From Octopus sinensis (lineage: Eukaryota): DNA of 64,000 bases. Both the position numbers and the translations under genes were made by a program. The DNA lies in NCBI RefSeq assembly GCF_006345805.1, contig NC_042998.1, positions 165,292,001 to 165,356,000 on the forward strand, written 5' to 3'. Below, piece by piece: positions 1-13,802 of the stretch. Under the pieces are notes generated by a model. The model saw nothing but the letters and a program-made list of their open reading frames with translations. It was not told the origin of the DNA and made no database searches. Each line of letters starts with the position of its first letter. The stretch's first letter is position 1.

Positions 1-162
1 TACGTATGACTATATGTTGAGTTACCTCGCAGTTTCTTTTGTTCATTGGGTATTTCGTAGCCCTTGGTTTAAAAAACATTACTTTTGAAATATGACATGA
101 TGTCACATTAATGAATTCAAGAGAAGCAACACTCCATGTTAACATTCCTTCACTTAAAAGGA

Positions 163-350
163 TAGCGAACTGACACAATCATTAGCACCCCGGACAAAAT
201 GCTTAGCTGCATTTCTTTTGCCTTTATATTTTAAGTTTAAATTCCCCAGAGATCGACCTTGCCTTTCACCCTTTCGGAGTCAATAATAAAAGTACCAGTT
301 GTATACTGGAATCGATATAATCGATTTCCACCTCCCCTCAAAGTTGTTGG
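163..350 (+). mobile_element. tRNA-derived SINE family A, diverged copy
   Basis: Matches the window-wide consensus head and core (..TTGCCTTTCAYCCTTTCGGRGTC..AAGTACCAGTT..). Confidence 0.75.
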
Positions 351-1571
351 CGAGTTCTCTACCAACTAATATTATTTTGCCCCCCCCCCCGATCGTCTGG
401 TTTAAGTAATATGTTTGCAACCATTGTTAAACAGATAATACTTAAGAGATACAATTCTATGCAAAACGGCTTTGATACTAATCTTTATTCCATTCTCACC
501 TCTTTTCTTCTAACATAGAACTTATCAACATCATTGTTTCTGTGGAAGCTTGTAGTTCATGTCAGGATCTTGCGGATATCAATATCTTTGGATGGTTTCT
601 TCTAAAAATTAGTCAAGAAGTGATATCGAATGTTGATATCACCATTGATATCACAATGCACATGTATTGTCGGGTATTTTCATGTAAGAGGAAAACTTCA
701 ACTCTCATATTTTTTAAAAGTGTTTATAATATCCTTTCGTCTATATTTATTCATAGTACATTTGTATGATGGCCTAGGTTTTTGCAACTCTCATTCAGTA
801 GAAATAGGAAAATAGAAAAGCTATTGATGTAAATGTTTTAGGAAACTGTTTTTTATATTTCTTTGTTTTTCGTGTTCATCTGTCAAATATAGTCATTTCG
901 CTAGGCCAAATTATATCCCTTTATCAGTAGAAAATACTGTTACAAATCTCAGCTGTTTCTGAGAACTGTAAATATCTTGATTATAGTCGTCGTCGTCATT
1001 ATGTATCATACGCTTTTCAGTGCATTGATGACACTAAATTCTTCCCGATCAACGCAAATTCTCCCATCGGATGAAGCCTTAGCGTTGCTTTGTTCTGATT
1101 TTCTCTTAGTGTTTTCTTGGTAAAGACACTAGGGTGGTTTGCCATTGCCTTCCCTAACTGGATGGCCGTTGGCGCACGAGGAGCTCATACGCTCATCGAC
1201 AGGTCTTGGTTTTTGTGCTGCTGGATGTCCATACACACTTCCCACAAGAGAAGCTAGCAACTCAAACAGAGGAGCCAGTTTAGTCGATTACTACTGGACC
1301 ATGTGATGAGATCCCTGACGTAATGAGATCCCTGACATAATTTTGATTATAGATCTCTGGAAAATCTTCAAAGAAAAATGAATGGCTTTCGTGAAAGTTT
1401 ATTACTTTTGTAAACCTTAAAAAATAGCCTGTACATTTTCGCACAAGAAATGAAAGCGGATTTAGGGACAGAATAAACCAAAACACAGACAGCTTACTAT
1501 TTTGGAATATTCACTAAGAAATAACGATAACATCGGCGACAATTGTTCCACTGGATGCATATATGCATGTA

Positions 1572-1748
1572 CCGTATTTGATGGTATAAAAGACGAACAA
1601 GTATATTGAAAGCATTTCAGTTTCAGCAGCGCATATTCAATAAAAAAAAGTTTTAGGACCAATTTCGCATATAGGAATCGAGGAGAATTTTGAGATATTT
1701 TTGTGGTGGTGGTGATGGGGAGTGTGTCTTATATGATATCAAATATGG
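1572..1748. mobile_element. MITE, Tc1/mariner-pogo type (CCGTA termini, TA TSD)
   Basis: TA|CCGTATTTGATGGTATAAAAGAC at left; GTCTTATATGATATCAAATATGG|TA at right; imperfect ~23-bp TIRs. Confidence 0.65.
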
Positions 1749-2096
1749 TATGTATACCTGTGTATTCCAAATGACGACAGATATTTAATAGACGTACAAA
1801 TGCTTAAATATAATTTCAGAGTAATACACCATATAATTTCAGAGTAATACACCATACAGTTTACCAGCTAGCAAAATAGATGTGAGTTCGATTCCCACTG
1901 GGTTCTCTCATTTTATTCCATTTCAATTTTGCAGACATATATTCGATGAAGCACATAAACTGCGAGTCACTTTGTTATGTCTGTACTTGTATACGTGAGA
2001 TTGTGTGCATGTTTACGTTTAAAAATGTAAAAACATTTAAGATTATTTCAATACTTAGGAGTCCAATTACACACTATAACGTAATCAGTGAGAGAA

Positions 2097-2100
2097 ACAA

Positions 2101-2155
<55 letters not shown>

Positions 2156-2203
2156 GGGAAGAGAGTGTCGGAGAGAGAGGCCAAGGGATAGAAGAAACCT
2201 GAA

Positions 2204-2260
<57 letters not shown>

Positions 2261-2261
2261 T
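2097..2261. repeat. Compound microsatellites (CA)n(TA)n(GA)n and (AAT)n
   Basis: Directly visible; representative of dozens of such tracts in the window. Confidence 0.95.
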
Positions 2262-3144
2262 TGATAATGAAGGTGGTGATGGTGATGATGATGCCGGTGG
2301 CGATAACGACGATGAATAAATAAATAGGCAATTGATGCTTTATGGTGATGTGTAAAAAGGAAAACAGAAACTCACTCCACGTATATTGGAAGCTTAATGG
2401 CCTGTTACGCTTGGTATTTTAGTATATTTCTCAAATGTTTCCTCGCCTATCAGGTGTCAGGTATTTTAGACCGTTTAATGCACTTATTATATTGTGTCAA
2501 GGCGTCATTTCTTATTCACTGTAACTGATGCGATATATTTGCCGATCAGTTTTTACATAGTGGAACATTTCTTTCAAAAATGGCTATTTAGTTATATATA
2601 TATATATATCTTTAGAGAGAGAGAGAAAGAATATGAATATACATATACAAAATATATATAGAATATATAGAATATGTAATGTATATATACATATATGTAG
2701 AATTTATATAATTGTATATCTGTGTGTGCGCATGTGTGTGTATGTGTGTGTGCGTGTATGTATGTGTGCGTGCGTGCGTGTTTACATATCATGCGTGTGA
2801 TTACAGCAAAAGGGCGGTTATTTGGTTGCTTTGTGGAAATAAATAAAAATAATATTTAAAGAACATCTATTTTTTTTACTCTTTATTTGGGGATTAATTC
2901 ATTAGTTTGAAACACAAGCTATTTTTCCATTTTAATTCTGTATGGTGCTGACGCCAAAAAGCTTTTTAAATTCATCATATGCACATAAATAGACACACTC
3001 ACACACACACACACCCACACACACACCCACACACACACGGAACCCGACAGTGTCGATAGCCTAGCATTCGGGTCGAGTGCCTCTCTGGAAATACCCTAAT
3101 TTTACACCATGTTAGGACATTAGACATATCTATTTATACATACA

Positions 3145-3176
<32 letters not shown>

Positions 3177-4017
3177 ATCAATAGTAATTATTTATATCGA
3201 ATTTTCGCAGAAACGGGTTTTTTACCACAGTCCTAAAATGCATACATCATTTACAATGATCAGTTCTTTTTGATAATACGATCTGCATTGGCTTTATCCA
3301 GGACGGTAATATATAAAACATGCACGTATATATATATATATAAATAATATACATATAATAAATAATAATAGTAATAATAATGGCATTGATAATACTACTA
3401 CTACTACTACTAATAATAATAATATATATATATATTTAAAATTTATAAGTTTAAATTATTTAAATAATTTTTAAAATTTTAACTTTAATTTAAATATTTT
3501 AATTTGGAATTTTATATTTTATATTTTTTATATTTATATTTTATATTTTTTTAATTAATTTTTTTCTATGTATTGGCTTATGATTTTCACTGTTTGATTT
3601 GCCTAATAGTGGTTTTATCTCTAATTTAATATAATATAATATATATATAACAATAAAAAATCTCTGAGCGAGATATAAACAGTAACTGCTCTATAACATA
3701 AGGGGGATCAGCCATCTGAATGTGGCTAGGGTCAGGGGTGGTGGTGGGGGTGTTACCGATGCATTTAGCCCCAGGCGAACATCAACGTCACCAGAAGGGC
3801 TGACACCATTCCCATATATACGCATACATACATACATACATACACATAGGTAAATAAACCTACAACTTTAACTTGCACATACATATAGCGAAGCCCATGT
3901 GTATATACACACTCTTACTTACATGCACACACAAGGACACATATGCACACATATACCTAATCCTCTACTTATCTCCAACCTTGCGTGCTGACTCTCACAT
4001 GATCACTCCCATAGATG

Positions 4018-4058
<41 letters not shown>

Positions 4059-4302
4059 ATAAAATTAGGGAAGTTATTTCCAAATCCACAGGGGAGGGAA
4101 GTTCAATTTAGTGGTACTAAAATGAATTACTCACTGTATTATATACATATTTATAGATAGGTTTAAGAGACAGAACCACCCTCAAGCAACTCAATCATCA
4201 TTGAACGACATTATTCACGATAGGTACATATAGGACTAAATATTAAAATTATCAAAATTTATGCCTTTAATTCTTATTCTAGATCATATATTTTTCATTA
4301 TA

Positions 4303-4408
4303 TAGACTACGTACGTTTCATGACAACATATTCCTCGATATTGCTGCATTAGAAGGTCTCAAATACAATACCATATTAAAACGATTATATCGCCAATCTT
4401 CAGGTCTA
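4303..4408 (-). ncRNA. Type I hammerhead ribozyme motif (Penelope-like pLTR) with enlarged stem II
   Basis: Minus strand: TAGAC-CTGAAGA-ttggc...gtcat-GAAAC-gtac-GTA-GTCTA; perfect 5-bp stem I, intact core, palindromic stem III. Confidence 0.8.
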
Positions 4409-4644
4409 GATTATATGAACTTATTTTGCTATTTACATTCTATATAAAGATATGACAAACTAAATTATCTAACTAGAAGTTGTCGGAATAATTTTACTTT
4501 CGCAAATAATGAACGAAAATGTGGAATAAGAATAGAAAAAAGAAATGTTAGTAAAAAGAAAATAATCCGACAACTTCTAATCATGTAATTTAGTTTGTCA
4601 TGTCTTTAGATAAGATGTAAATAACAAAATAAGTTCATATAATC

Positions 4645-4750
4645 TAGACCTGAAGATTGGCGATATAATTGTTTTAATATGGTATTGTATTTGAGACCTT
4701 CTAATTCAGCAATATCGAGGAATATGTTTTCATGAAATGTACGCAGTCTA
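4645..4750 (+). ncRNA. Mutated inverted copy of the hammerhead motif
   Basis: TAGAC-CTGAAGA...GAAAT-gtac-GCA-GTCTA; GAAAC>GAAAT and cleavage triplet GTA>GCA. Confidence 0.65.
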
Positions 4751-4901
4751 TATAAAGTAAAGTATATGATCTAGAATAAGAACTGAAGGTATTAATTTTG
4801 ATAATTTTAATATTTAGTCCTATATGTACCTATCGTGAATAATGTCGTTCAATAATGATTGAATTGCTTGATAGTGATTCTGTCTTTTAAACACACACAC
4901 A

Positions 4902-4973
<72 letters not shown>

Positions 4974-5085
4974 TGCATGTATGTTTGTATACATCTATGG
5001 GAGTAATCATGTGAGAGTCAGTACGAGGTTGGAGATAAGTTGAGAGATATGTATATATGTGTGTTTGTCTATATATGGATATATC

Positions 5086-5126
<41 letters not shown>

Positions 5127-5219
5127 ATATAAATAATATATATATGCATATATATATACATATTATATGCATATGTGGGCACAGCTCGTCACAAAACATA
5201 AACAACAAAAAATACGAAG

Positions 5220-5560
5220 TACGAGGACATGGGATAAGGACTTTCTGCTTTGTCTCTGTCAGCGATATTTCTGATCTTCCAACCATGACACCTTAGAGAA
5301 ACGGAGCCCAGCTTTCGATAAACTTACAAATCTGCAGATATTACAGGCCAACCTGCCCCTCCATTCACTACACGGACACACCATTTTCGTGCAGCTGCTT
5401 AAATTCTGCATGAAAAGTTCGTGTTTTCTCGAATACACCTGCTGCTTACTTTACTTGTTTCCTCTATTGGTAGTAATGACTAACATTTCTTTCGCAGTTG
5501 ATCTCCCATATTCCACAAGCTTTGAACGTGGGATTTACACAATTTTTAAATCTTAGTCGT
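5220..5560 (-). mobile_element. Possible degraded mariner 3' end
   Basis: Ends in ..CCTCG|TA on the minus strand (TACGAGG-type mariner terminus); only weak transposase-like coding remnants. Confidence 0.25.
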
Positions 5561-5771
5561 GATGTCTCTTGAAGGCGTTTCTACAAACGATTTCGTTGTA
5601 CAGTAAATGTTTAGGCACGATTTCCAGTCCAACGTAAAATATGTTTGTCGGTTCCCGACTCTGATGCCTTTTATCAGATGTCCCTTTGATAGAGCCGAAC
5701 TTGATCTAATCAGTAATCATATATGATATCTCATCTTGATTCAATATGTCAATGAGGTATAACCACAATAA

Positions 5772-5965
5772 TCATTTCTACTAAAGGCACATGGTCTGAC
5801 ATTTTGGGGGAGGCGACTAGTCGATTACATCGAATCCAATGTTTCACTGGTACTTAAGACGGGCGAAATGCTGTTAAAGCATTTTGCTTGACGTACTAAA
5901 GATTCTGCCAGCTCATCGCCCTTATCCTTTCTATTATATGCACAAGGCCTGTAATTTTGGGGAGG
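5772..5965 (-). mobile_element. SINE family A (tail B) plus second tail fragment
   Basis: Reverse complement of head (..GCCAGCTCATCGCCCTT) and tail B (..CTACTAAAGGCACA..CTGA). Confidence 0.7.
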
Positions 5966-7318
5966 TATAACCACAATAATATCGCTAAATTATAGTTAAC
6001 CAATGACATACACAAATACATGCCTACAATTATACACATCCATTTTTTCACCTCTATTCATTTCAAGTTTGTTTTTGATTTATATCCGCGCAGTAATAAT
6101 TATTTTCATCAACAGTGAATGGTTGAAAGACAAAATCGACCTGGTAATGTTTGACTTGGCATGAATTCGTTGTTTTACATTGATATAAGGCCATTAAATA
6201 ACATCAGTTAATTAACACATACACCAAAATATGACTGGTATATATTTCATAGTGACAAATTCGATCTCAGCTGCATTTCAAGCCAGAAACCACGTCGAAA
6301 ATTATAATAAGGTTCAAGTTATGAGAAGTGACAGTTATGACGCCTTTTTTCCCTGCGAGCAAATAAACACAAGCAAGACACTTATTTTAATAAAATCAAA
6401 TAAACGAAACATATGTGTAATTATGGTACATACTTCTGAAAGATAAATAAACACACCACAATAACTAAATCATTATAAGATATACCGTATCCTATTTTCA
6501 CACATATTTGAATAAAGCATATTAAATAAATAAATCACGTAAAACTCAATGCCCTAAGTCTCCCAAGTGGTTCACTCATAGCTATACAGCAGCTGTTCTG
6601 GCATAAAACAAGACCAAGAATGCTTGGTGAGGCTCATTACCTCCTTAAAAAAATGCTAGTAGTACTGCAACATTTGCAAGATCCCGATCCATACGGCAAA
6701 TGACGAAAAAATGCTCTCCCGTTTCCCAAACTAGAAACGATGTATCTGTAATGGCTTCGCATTCAAGTTCCCACTGCACATCCATTATTTCTACCCCAAC
6801 GATGCTCACCACTTTGCATGTATGTGTGTGTGTGTGTGTTTATGCATGTATGCATGTATGTATGAGTGTGCGTGCGTGCAGTAGATATACAAAGAGAGCA
6901 AATTTTAACTATTTCTACGTATATTCAATAATTGATGAACAATCCATTTTCAAAGGAGGGCACTCAATACATTTATTGGGAGATAAATGCATAGATCAAA
7001 ACAGTTTGATTCAGATTCCTTGGTACTCTGAGTTTCAAGTGTGTGGCTACTCTTCGGCGATTGGGGTCTGAATGAGAGTTAGACTGAAGAGAGTTAATGC
7101 TTTTAGTATTTTTTATCATTTTATTTTACTTTTTTACTTGTTCAATTCTTCCCATTATGGACTTTCTGATGAAGCTTTGGAGGCACAATTGTTGTCCAAT
7201 TTTTGTTTGATTTGTTAATGTTTACTACTGTACATATACACACGACCACACGCACGCGCGCGCATATACATGTGTGCACGTGTACAGACATGCAAACGCA
7301 TATGGGCGCGCATGCACG

Positions 7319-7390
7319 CAAATTTACGCCCGCGCACACATGTACGCTCGCGCATTTATGTACGCCTGCACATATATGTACGCCCACGCA
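7319..7390. repeat. 18-bp minisatellite x4 inside a purine/pyrimidine-alternating tract
   Basis: CAAATTTACGCCCGCG / CACACATGTACGCTCGCG / CATTTATGTACGCCTGCA / CATATATGTACGCCCACG. Confidence 0.65.
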
Positions 7391-7507
7391 CGCACATCTA
7401 TAGGTATGAATATGCATATGCGTACTCACCCATATGAGAGAAGGTACAAATTAATTACAAAAGGAAGAGGAAAAGATAACAAACGAAACAAAGTTGCAGT
7501 TTTACGT

Positions 7508-7550
7508 TGTGTTACTATGTTTCGGGGTTATAACCTCTTCTTCAGGACAT
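7508..7550 (-). ncRNA. Minimal type I hammerhead motif in a PLE 3' region
   Basis: Minus: tgtc-CTGAAGA-agagg ttataa cccc-GAAAC-ata-GTA-aca; core intact, stem I imperfect; ~100 nt downstream of a GIY-YIG remnant on the same strand. Confidence 0.65.
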
Positions 7551-7651
7551 TTGGAGAAAAAAGCAAAGATAGAAAAGTCGTTGATGAGATGTGTAGGGGA
7601 GGAAGGAAGAGGGAAAAGAATGATGAAGGTGACTTGTGCAGAATGCTGTCG

Positions 7652-7765
7652 CTATAGCAACCAGTCATCTTCATATACTTCCTTCATGTTGTTCATGGCT
7701 GGTCTAAATTTGTTGAAAAGTAGGGCCTCCATGATTCTAAGATTGACCCTGTTGCGTTGAGTGGC
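7652..7765 (-). pseudogene. Penelope-like GIY-YIG endonuclease C-terminal fragment
   Basis: Manual translation ATQRNRVNLRIMEALLFNKFRPAMNNMKEVYEDDWLL*, fits the PLE motif LxIxEAxxIxxxxPxLN. Confidence 0.7.
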
Positions 7766-8511
7766 ATTTTCCTTTCGTAGTTTACTTTGTACCTTCTCGC
7801 ATAGTTCCGGTCTCATACAACAAATCCCTTTAAATTAATACTGTATTGCGTTCTGCTGAGGTTCTATTGATTCTTCTCGCCAAACGATCCCGGTGAGGGA
7901 GACGATTAATCAACGATGGCCCGACCATGCAACAGGTTACACTGGACTACATACTACCAAAAGCACTTGTCAACAATCTGACATATTATGTCATAACATG
8001 ATATCATTATCAGACTTATTTCACAAAACCGAAGTAAATAAATAGCTTTAGCAGTTAAGACATATTTTACTAAAACGGAATCAACAATAACACCACATTA
8101 AATTAGACATAATAAGTTATGAAAGGATATGTTTTCAGCATATATTATTCTTATTTAGTGAACGTCAAAATTTTTGAAATATAAAAAAAGACGATCATAT
8201 GTCCTTATGGATGTTGTTTTGCAACATATGAAACCGCAGATTGAAACGGACACTCCTTGGTTTAGGGAAATATTAATATATAATTATCAGGTTATGTTAC
8301 CAGTGGCAACGTTGTGTCTTCGTAAGTATAAATATTTCTTGCATTATGATATTATCGTATATCGTAGGAGGTGTCTTAATGGCGGAATGGAAAAATAGAG
8401 ACTGAACTTACACAAATACACGCACGAACATATACACATATATATATATATATGTGTGTATATATACGTATATATAAATATACGTGTTTATATGCATATA
8501 TATATATACGC

Positions 8512-8579
<68 letters not shown>

Positions 8580-10233
8580 ATGTGTGTGTGTGTGCATGTG
8601 TGTGTGTGTATTGGTTTCAGTATATTTTGTAGTATGTAGCATGGGCCGAAGAATGACGTAGGTGATAAAACCCTCGTATGTAATTATATATATGTATGGG
8701 TAAGTTTCCCTCTTCCTCTGCCTCTGTGTGTGTGTGTGTATGTGTGTGTGTATGTGTGTGTGTATGAGTGTGTTTCTTATTCGCGTATGTATAAATATAA
8801 ATATATGTTTATTTATTGTTGAGGTAAATAGAAATTATACATTCAAACCAAGGTTTGGTTCATTTGGTTACTGAATATCTAAAAGAAAAAGCTTATTGAA
8901 GGGCTGTACAGCTAATTCCATGTGAAAATATATAATCAGAGTTTTCAAAAAAATTGGTCCGATGTTTACGGTCGAAGGGGACATTGGGACTGTACCAGTC
9001 GTAGATATAACGTTTAATTGTAAGAATCTTCTGAAGAACCTAATAGTGCTCCATTTTACATTCATGCTTACCTCTATAAGTCATTATATCCCAATAAGGG
9101 TTAATGATGAAATCTCCTTTACAAGACAGTAGTGCACAATAGCGAGGCCCTAAAAATAAGGAAGTAAAAGCTATTGGGTATCATTGATCATACAATATTG
9201 GTGTATAAAGCAGAAATGCAAAGCAAATTCCAACAAATTCCCCGAACGAGAGGAAGTACCGAGTGTTCAACGGAAACAACATAAACGTGAGTCACAAGGG
9301 AGTAGAAAATAATGTCTAGTTACATAAAGAACAACACTGCAAAAAAGCTTAGACCGAAGAAGCCAATATACAATTACTGATATACAGAGTTTTTCTTTAC
9401 CAAAATGCAATGCCTAAAACTTGTTATTATACGAAGCTGATCTTTCCACTGGCAACTATCCACACGTTCCTTACGTATACAGAACACAATACCTCTAAAC
9501 TGTCAGTACTCGGCACAACACCTCTAAACTGTCAGTTCATTTTTGAAAACCAACTGGAAAATAAGTAACCACCAACATTATACGAGTGATCATAGACAAA
9601 CCACGGGCATTTAGGAAAAGTGAGGATGATGTGACCTTGGTCTTGCAGAGAAATTCTACATCCCGTCTCTAAACAAAAAAGCAGAATAACTTCGAATTGA
9701 CGACATATTCCGATATTGTCTCTCAGGAATTTCAAATAGAGTCCATTGATGAATGACAGTGTATTGCAACTACTCACATTCTTTAGAGCAATCTACATAC
9801 TTAAACATTTTCTTTATCAATCTGCTGACTTATGCAGACGATCGACGAACCGAATTAACGAAATCATAATCTGGGAAATGTACTCTCTGTTTACTTTACT
9901 CATAAATAAATATAAATCAGGCACTACAAAAGCACTTTTATGTTTTTGAACAGCAAAGTAAACAAAACCCATATAAGCATATATGTACATGTATGTATAT
10001 ATGCCACTGTTGTGTGAGTGTGTTTGTGATTAAATCTTCCACAAAACTGTATCAATTTCATATAGCACATTTGCAGTAAAGATTTCCATATTGTCACTTA
10101 AGACGGCGGCATACCGAAAAATTGCTTATTTGACAATTCAATAACGTACTTTCTCAACCTTCCCCTCCGTAGATTTATCTCTCTTTTTTTTTGTTTCACA
10201 TTTCTTATGTCCTTTAGTTTTCCTGTCTCGAAA

Positions 10234-10271
<38 letters not shown>

Positions 10272-10824
10272 GTCTGTCTGTCTGTCTGTCTATGTATCTC
10301 TATATCTACCTACCTCCCTACCTACCAACCTATCTATCTATCTATCTATCTACTTTTTATTCTCCCTATTTCTTTCCTCCATACTGAGAGAGAGAGAGAG
10401 AAGAAGAGAGAGGGGAGAGAGGGGGAGAGAGAGAGGATCAACATACACACATATATACAAAATATGACCCGCTTTAAAACACCCCAGCCAAAAAGACTAA
10501 CCGATGAGTGCACGTTTGCATTCACATATAGACGTTCATAAAGACACTTTCATCCACACGCACAGATACCAATAGTCACCAATTTACAGATACACATATA
10601 TTCAAACAAATACACATACCTACACATTTGCACACACACACACACACACACACAAACAGAATCATACAGATACTCATGTACGCATTCACAGAAGTACTTA
10701 TGCACCTACACTTGTATATGTACACACACACATGCTCATATGCATCTATGATACACCCATATACATATATTCTAACGTACATACACACGTGCAAGCATAC
10801 ATACGATTCACACTAGTATAGAAA

Positions 10825-11410
10825 CGTGGTTTTCAGTTCTTCACCTTGGGCAATTCTTCTACAATAGCCTCGGGCTACTAATGCCTTATACGTTAATTTG
10901 GTAGCCCGGAAACTGTGTATGCACCTGTGTGTATGTTTTTGTGTTTTAATTCCGCCCCACCCTCCGCTGCTCTGTTTCACATGGCCTAGTGGTTAGAGCG
11001 GCGGACTCGCGGGTTCAAATCAAAGACCGGGCGATGTGTGTTTATGAGCGAAACACCTAAGCTCCACGCGGCTCCAGCAGAAGGTAATGGCGAACTTCTG
11101 CTGACTCTTTCGCCACAACTTTCTCTCACTCTTTCCTCCTGCATCTTGCAGCTCACCTGCGACGGACCGGCATCCCGTCCAGGTGGGGAACCTATACGTC
11201 AACAAAACCGGGAAACCGGCCCTTATGAACCAGGCGTGGCTCGAGAAGGAACAGGGCTCTGTTTCACAACAGGTGTTGGTTTGTTTACGTCCGCGTAACA
11301 TAGCGGCTCAGCAAAAGAGTCGTGGGTCAATTTGTTCAACTAAACGTTTCAAGACGGTACTCCGGTATGGTCGCGGTCCTTTGAGTGAAACAATTAATCG
11401 ATGAAAGATA
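10825..11410 (+). mobile_element. CORE-like tRNA SINE (family B), interrupted by SINE family C
   Basis: CACCTTGGGCAA..TTCTACAATAGCCTCGGG core; 3' part resumes after 11268 (GGTGTTGGTTTGTTTACGTCC..). Confidence 0.65.
10982..11255 (+). mobile_element. tRNA-derived SINE family C (V-domain-like) with 13-bp TSD
   Basis: A box TGGCCTAGTGG, B box GGTTCAAATC, GCGACGGACCGGCATCCCGTCCAGG motif; TSD GCTCTGTTTCACA at 10969-10981 and 11256-11268. Confidence 0.8.
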
Positions 11411-11799
11411 AAAGATTATACAAATTGCAGGAAAAAAAAAATGAAAATATTTGAAGGTGATAGCAATTCCTAACACAGACACAGGTTACGCGTAATCATC
11501 GAAACCCAGAAATTCACTGATAACAATTTTATCGACTTACAGAAAGATGACAATGCTAAAGAAACCATGGCAAAATTTGAACTCAGAATGAATGGAGATA
11601 AAACTCCGTACTTCAAGATTTTGCATACGGCGCTCCCCCCGATCTTGTCAGCCGCTGCATTTCATATATGAAAATAATAATGAACGAAATATCTTCGCCG
11701 TTAGCAAATGTCATTAAATAATGAATGTTTAAAAGTTAAAGCTATAATTATTTGTGTTTTCGTTCAACATTAACGTCATCTTAGCTCTAGTTCTCGTCT

Positions 11800-12545
11800 T
11801 TGTTACTGCCATCGATACAATCATCACAATCATGCCACCATTACCAATACCACATTCACTACCATCCCACCATCATCATAGACATTACCACCATCGTCAT
11901 CACCACTATCATCCCCACTACCATCTTCATTATCATTATTATCGTCGTCATCGACGTCATCATTATTGCCGTTATCATCATCACCGACACTTAGAACATT
12001 GTTTACCATCACAGTTATCAACATCCTTTCTGCATCATCACTACTATCGCCATCACCACCATCATCATCTATATACTCATTACGACCATCACCACCACCA
12101 TAATTGTTACTACCACTACATTTTATGAAGATCACAATCACTATCATCATCATCATCATCACTATGCTCACCAGCATCATTATAATCTCCATCATAATTA
12201 CCACCATCACTGCCTCCACCACATCTCTTACCAACATTATCATCAATGTCATCATGTTTATCGTCATCTCCATGATGATCAACATTATTACTACTCAGCA
12301 AATTATATTCAACTCCGCTCCCCCCCCCCCCCGCCTCCATTGCCATACTATCTTTGACCACGATATTACGAGCAATAACACCAACACCACTACCATCACC
12401 ACCATCAAGATCATCACAACTACCATCCTCCTCTTCTTCGCTGACACTGTTTTCACCTCTATCCCCTCCCCCACCTTTACTGTCCTCTTCTGATCGTCAT
12501 CATTGTCATCATCAGCACCATCGTCGTTGACATCGTCATTATTAA
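11800..12545. repeat. Degenerate (CAT/CAC/TAT)n trinucleotide low-complexity tract
   Basis: Gives His/Ile/Met/Asp-rich ORFs in several frames on both strands. Confidence 0.9.
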
Positions 12546-13297
12546 CTTCTATTAATGATTTTTGCCTTCGTCAGAGGGCGTGAAGTTTTACTGTGAGGAA
12601 CACGGTCGGTTTAATGGACATTCATATTTGGCTTGTACTTAATTTTATCGATTCTCTTCCTTACTCCCACCATCCCTGAACAAAAGGAAATCCGTATATT
12701 GGCCTTAGAAGAATTTAAACTGGCAAGGTAAAGGGAGGTAATTAAATAGCACGTCATCTGTGTTTTTTCTAACACTGCTTATCGTATCATACACGTTCAT
12801 TTCGTGATATGTTCATTAGTGTTAATGGAATTTTCATTTCTATCATTTTACTCATAGTGTAATCCGAAGAAGAAGTTAAAAGGAAGTTCATTCCATCACC
12901 ACCTCCCATGATGTATCTGCAGAACTTCCGATACGGCAGTAGTAAAATGATGGGAAAAGAAACAAAGAGATGTACTGCAAGAAGGTAGCAAATGATCTTC
13001 AATCTGAACACCAAGTCTGAAATCTTGCAATAGAGTGGGCGCCAATACAAGCATCCTAGAGCTAAGTGATAGCATTAAAGGGGGTGAGAGATGCTTTCTA
13101 AACTTCAGGAGGTTGAAGCAACTGAATCACCGATGTTCCCCGGCAGTGTTTGTCCTCCTCCTCCTCCTCCTCCTCAAATACTTGTGCAATCAGCTTATTA
13201 CGTACCATCTGTGCTAGAGCTTTCGTCCCACCTTCTGTTTTAACGATGATGTATATATATAGTGCAATACATTAGCCATCACCCAATAAAGTAGATA

Positions 13298-13802
13298 CCG
13301 TAAATCCTCGAGTATAATCCGCATTTTATTCCCAAAATTTAAAGGTCAAAATCCCAAGCGCGTACCATATACGAGGTTAAAAATGAAAAATATTTTCTAA
13401 GCAATATCTGAGTCACTATTTGCTGTCCGGCAATGTTTATTCAGATGCATTTTGTGATGTCGGGCGCGAAAATACCTTAAGCTAAGCCTGAAAGCAATGA
13501 AGTCATAAAAGAATCATCCATAACTTACAGTAAGCAACATTTATTAAAATAAAAGTATTCAGAACACAGAATAACATGTAGCAAAAACAATTTGCAAACA
13601 TATTTACATTTCCATATAACAGGTAAGAACATCACTATTATTGTATTACGCATGCGCGGTAGTGTTTGTTCGACTCGGTGCTGCTGGCTTAATTACGCAC
13701 GACTCAAGTTAGAGAAGGGGTGCGTATTATACACAAGGTTTAGGTTTTTCAGAGGTACAACCCCCTAAAATTCCCCTGCGTATTATACTCGAGGATTTAC
13801 GG
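13298..13802. mobile_element. MITE, Tc1/mariner-pogo type
   Basis: Perfect TIR CCGTAAATCCTCGAGTATAAT / ATTATACTCGAGGATTTACGG flanked by TA. Confidence 0.9.

Larger units (their letters stand above)
3967..5040. repeat. Nested inverted repeat: outer arms 3967-4019/4990-5040, inner arms ~4182-4492/~4560-4871
   Basis: Arms are reverse complements, e.g. GAACGACATTATTCACGATAGGTACATATAGGACTAAATATTAAAATTATCAAAATT and its complement at 4795-4850. Confidence 0.9.

Noticed and set aside
1296-1856. Short direct duplications (17 bp at ~1306-1340, 23 bp at ~1809-1856)
   Set aside because: Ordinary slippage duplications with no further structure
3750-3806. Additional hammerhead on the minus strand
   Set aside because: Both core boxes are mutated (CTGGTGA, TAAA) and stems are poor; cannot be supported
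10982-11030. tRNA gene
   Set aside because: A and B boxes only, with the anticodon region shortened; continues into a SINE body bounded by a TSD
11754-12493. His-rich and Ile/Met-rich ORFs
   Set aside because: Produced in all frames by a degenerate trinucleotide tract; no domain or splice evidence
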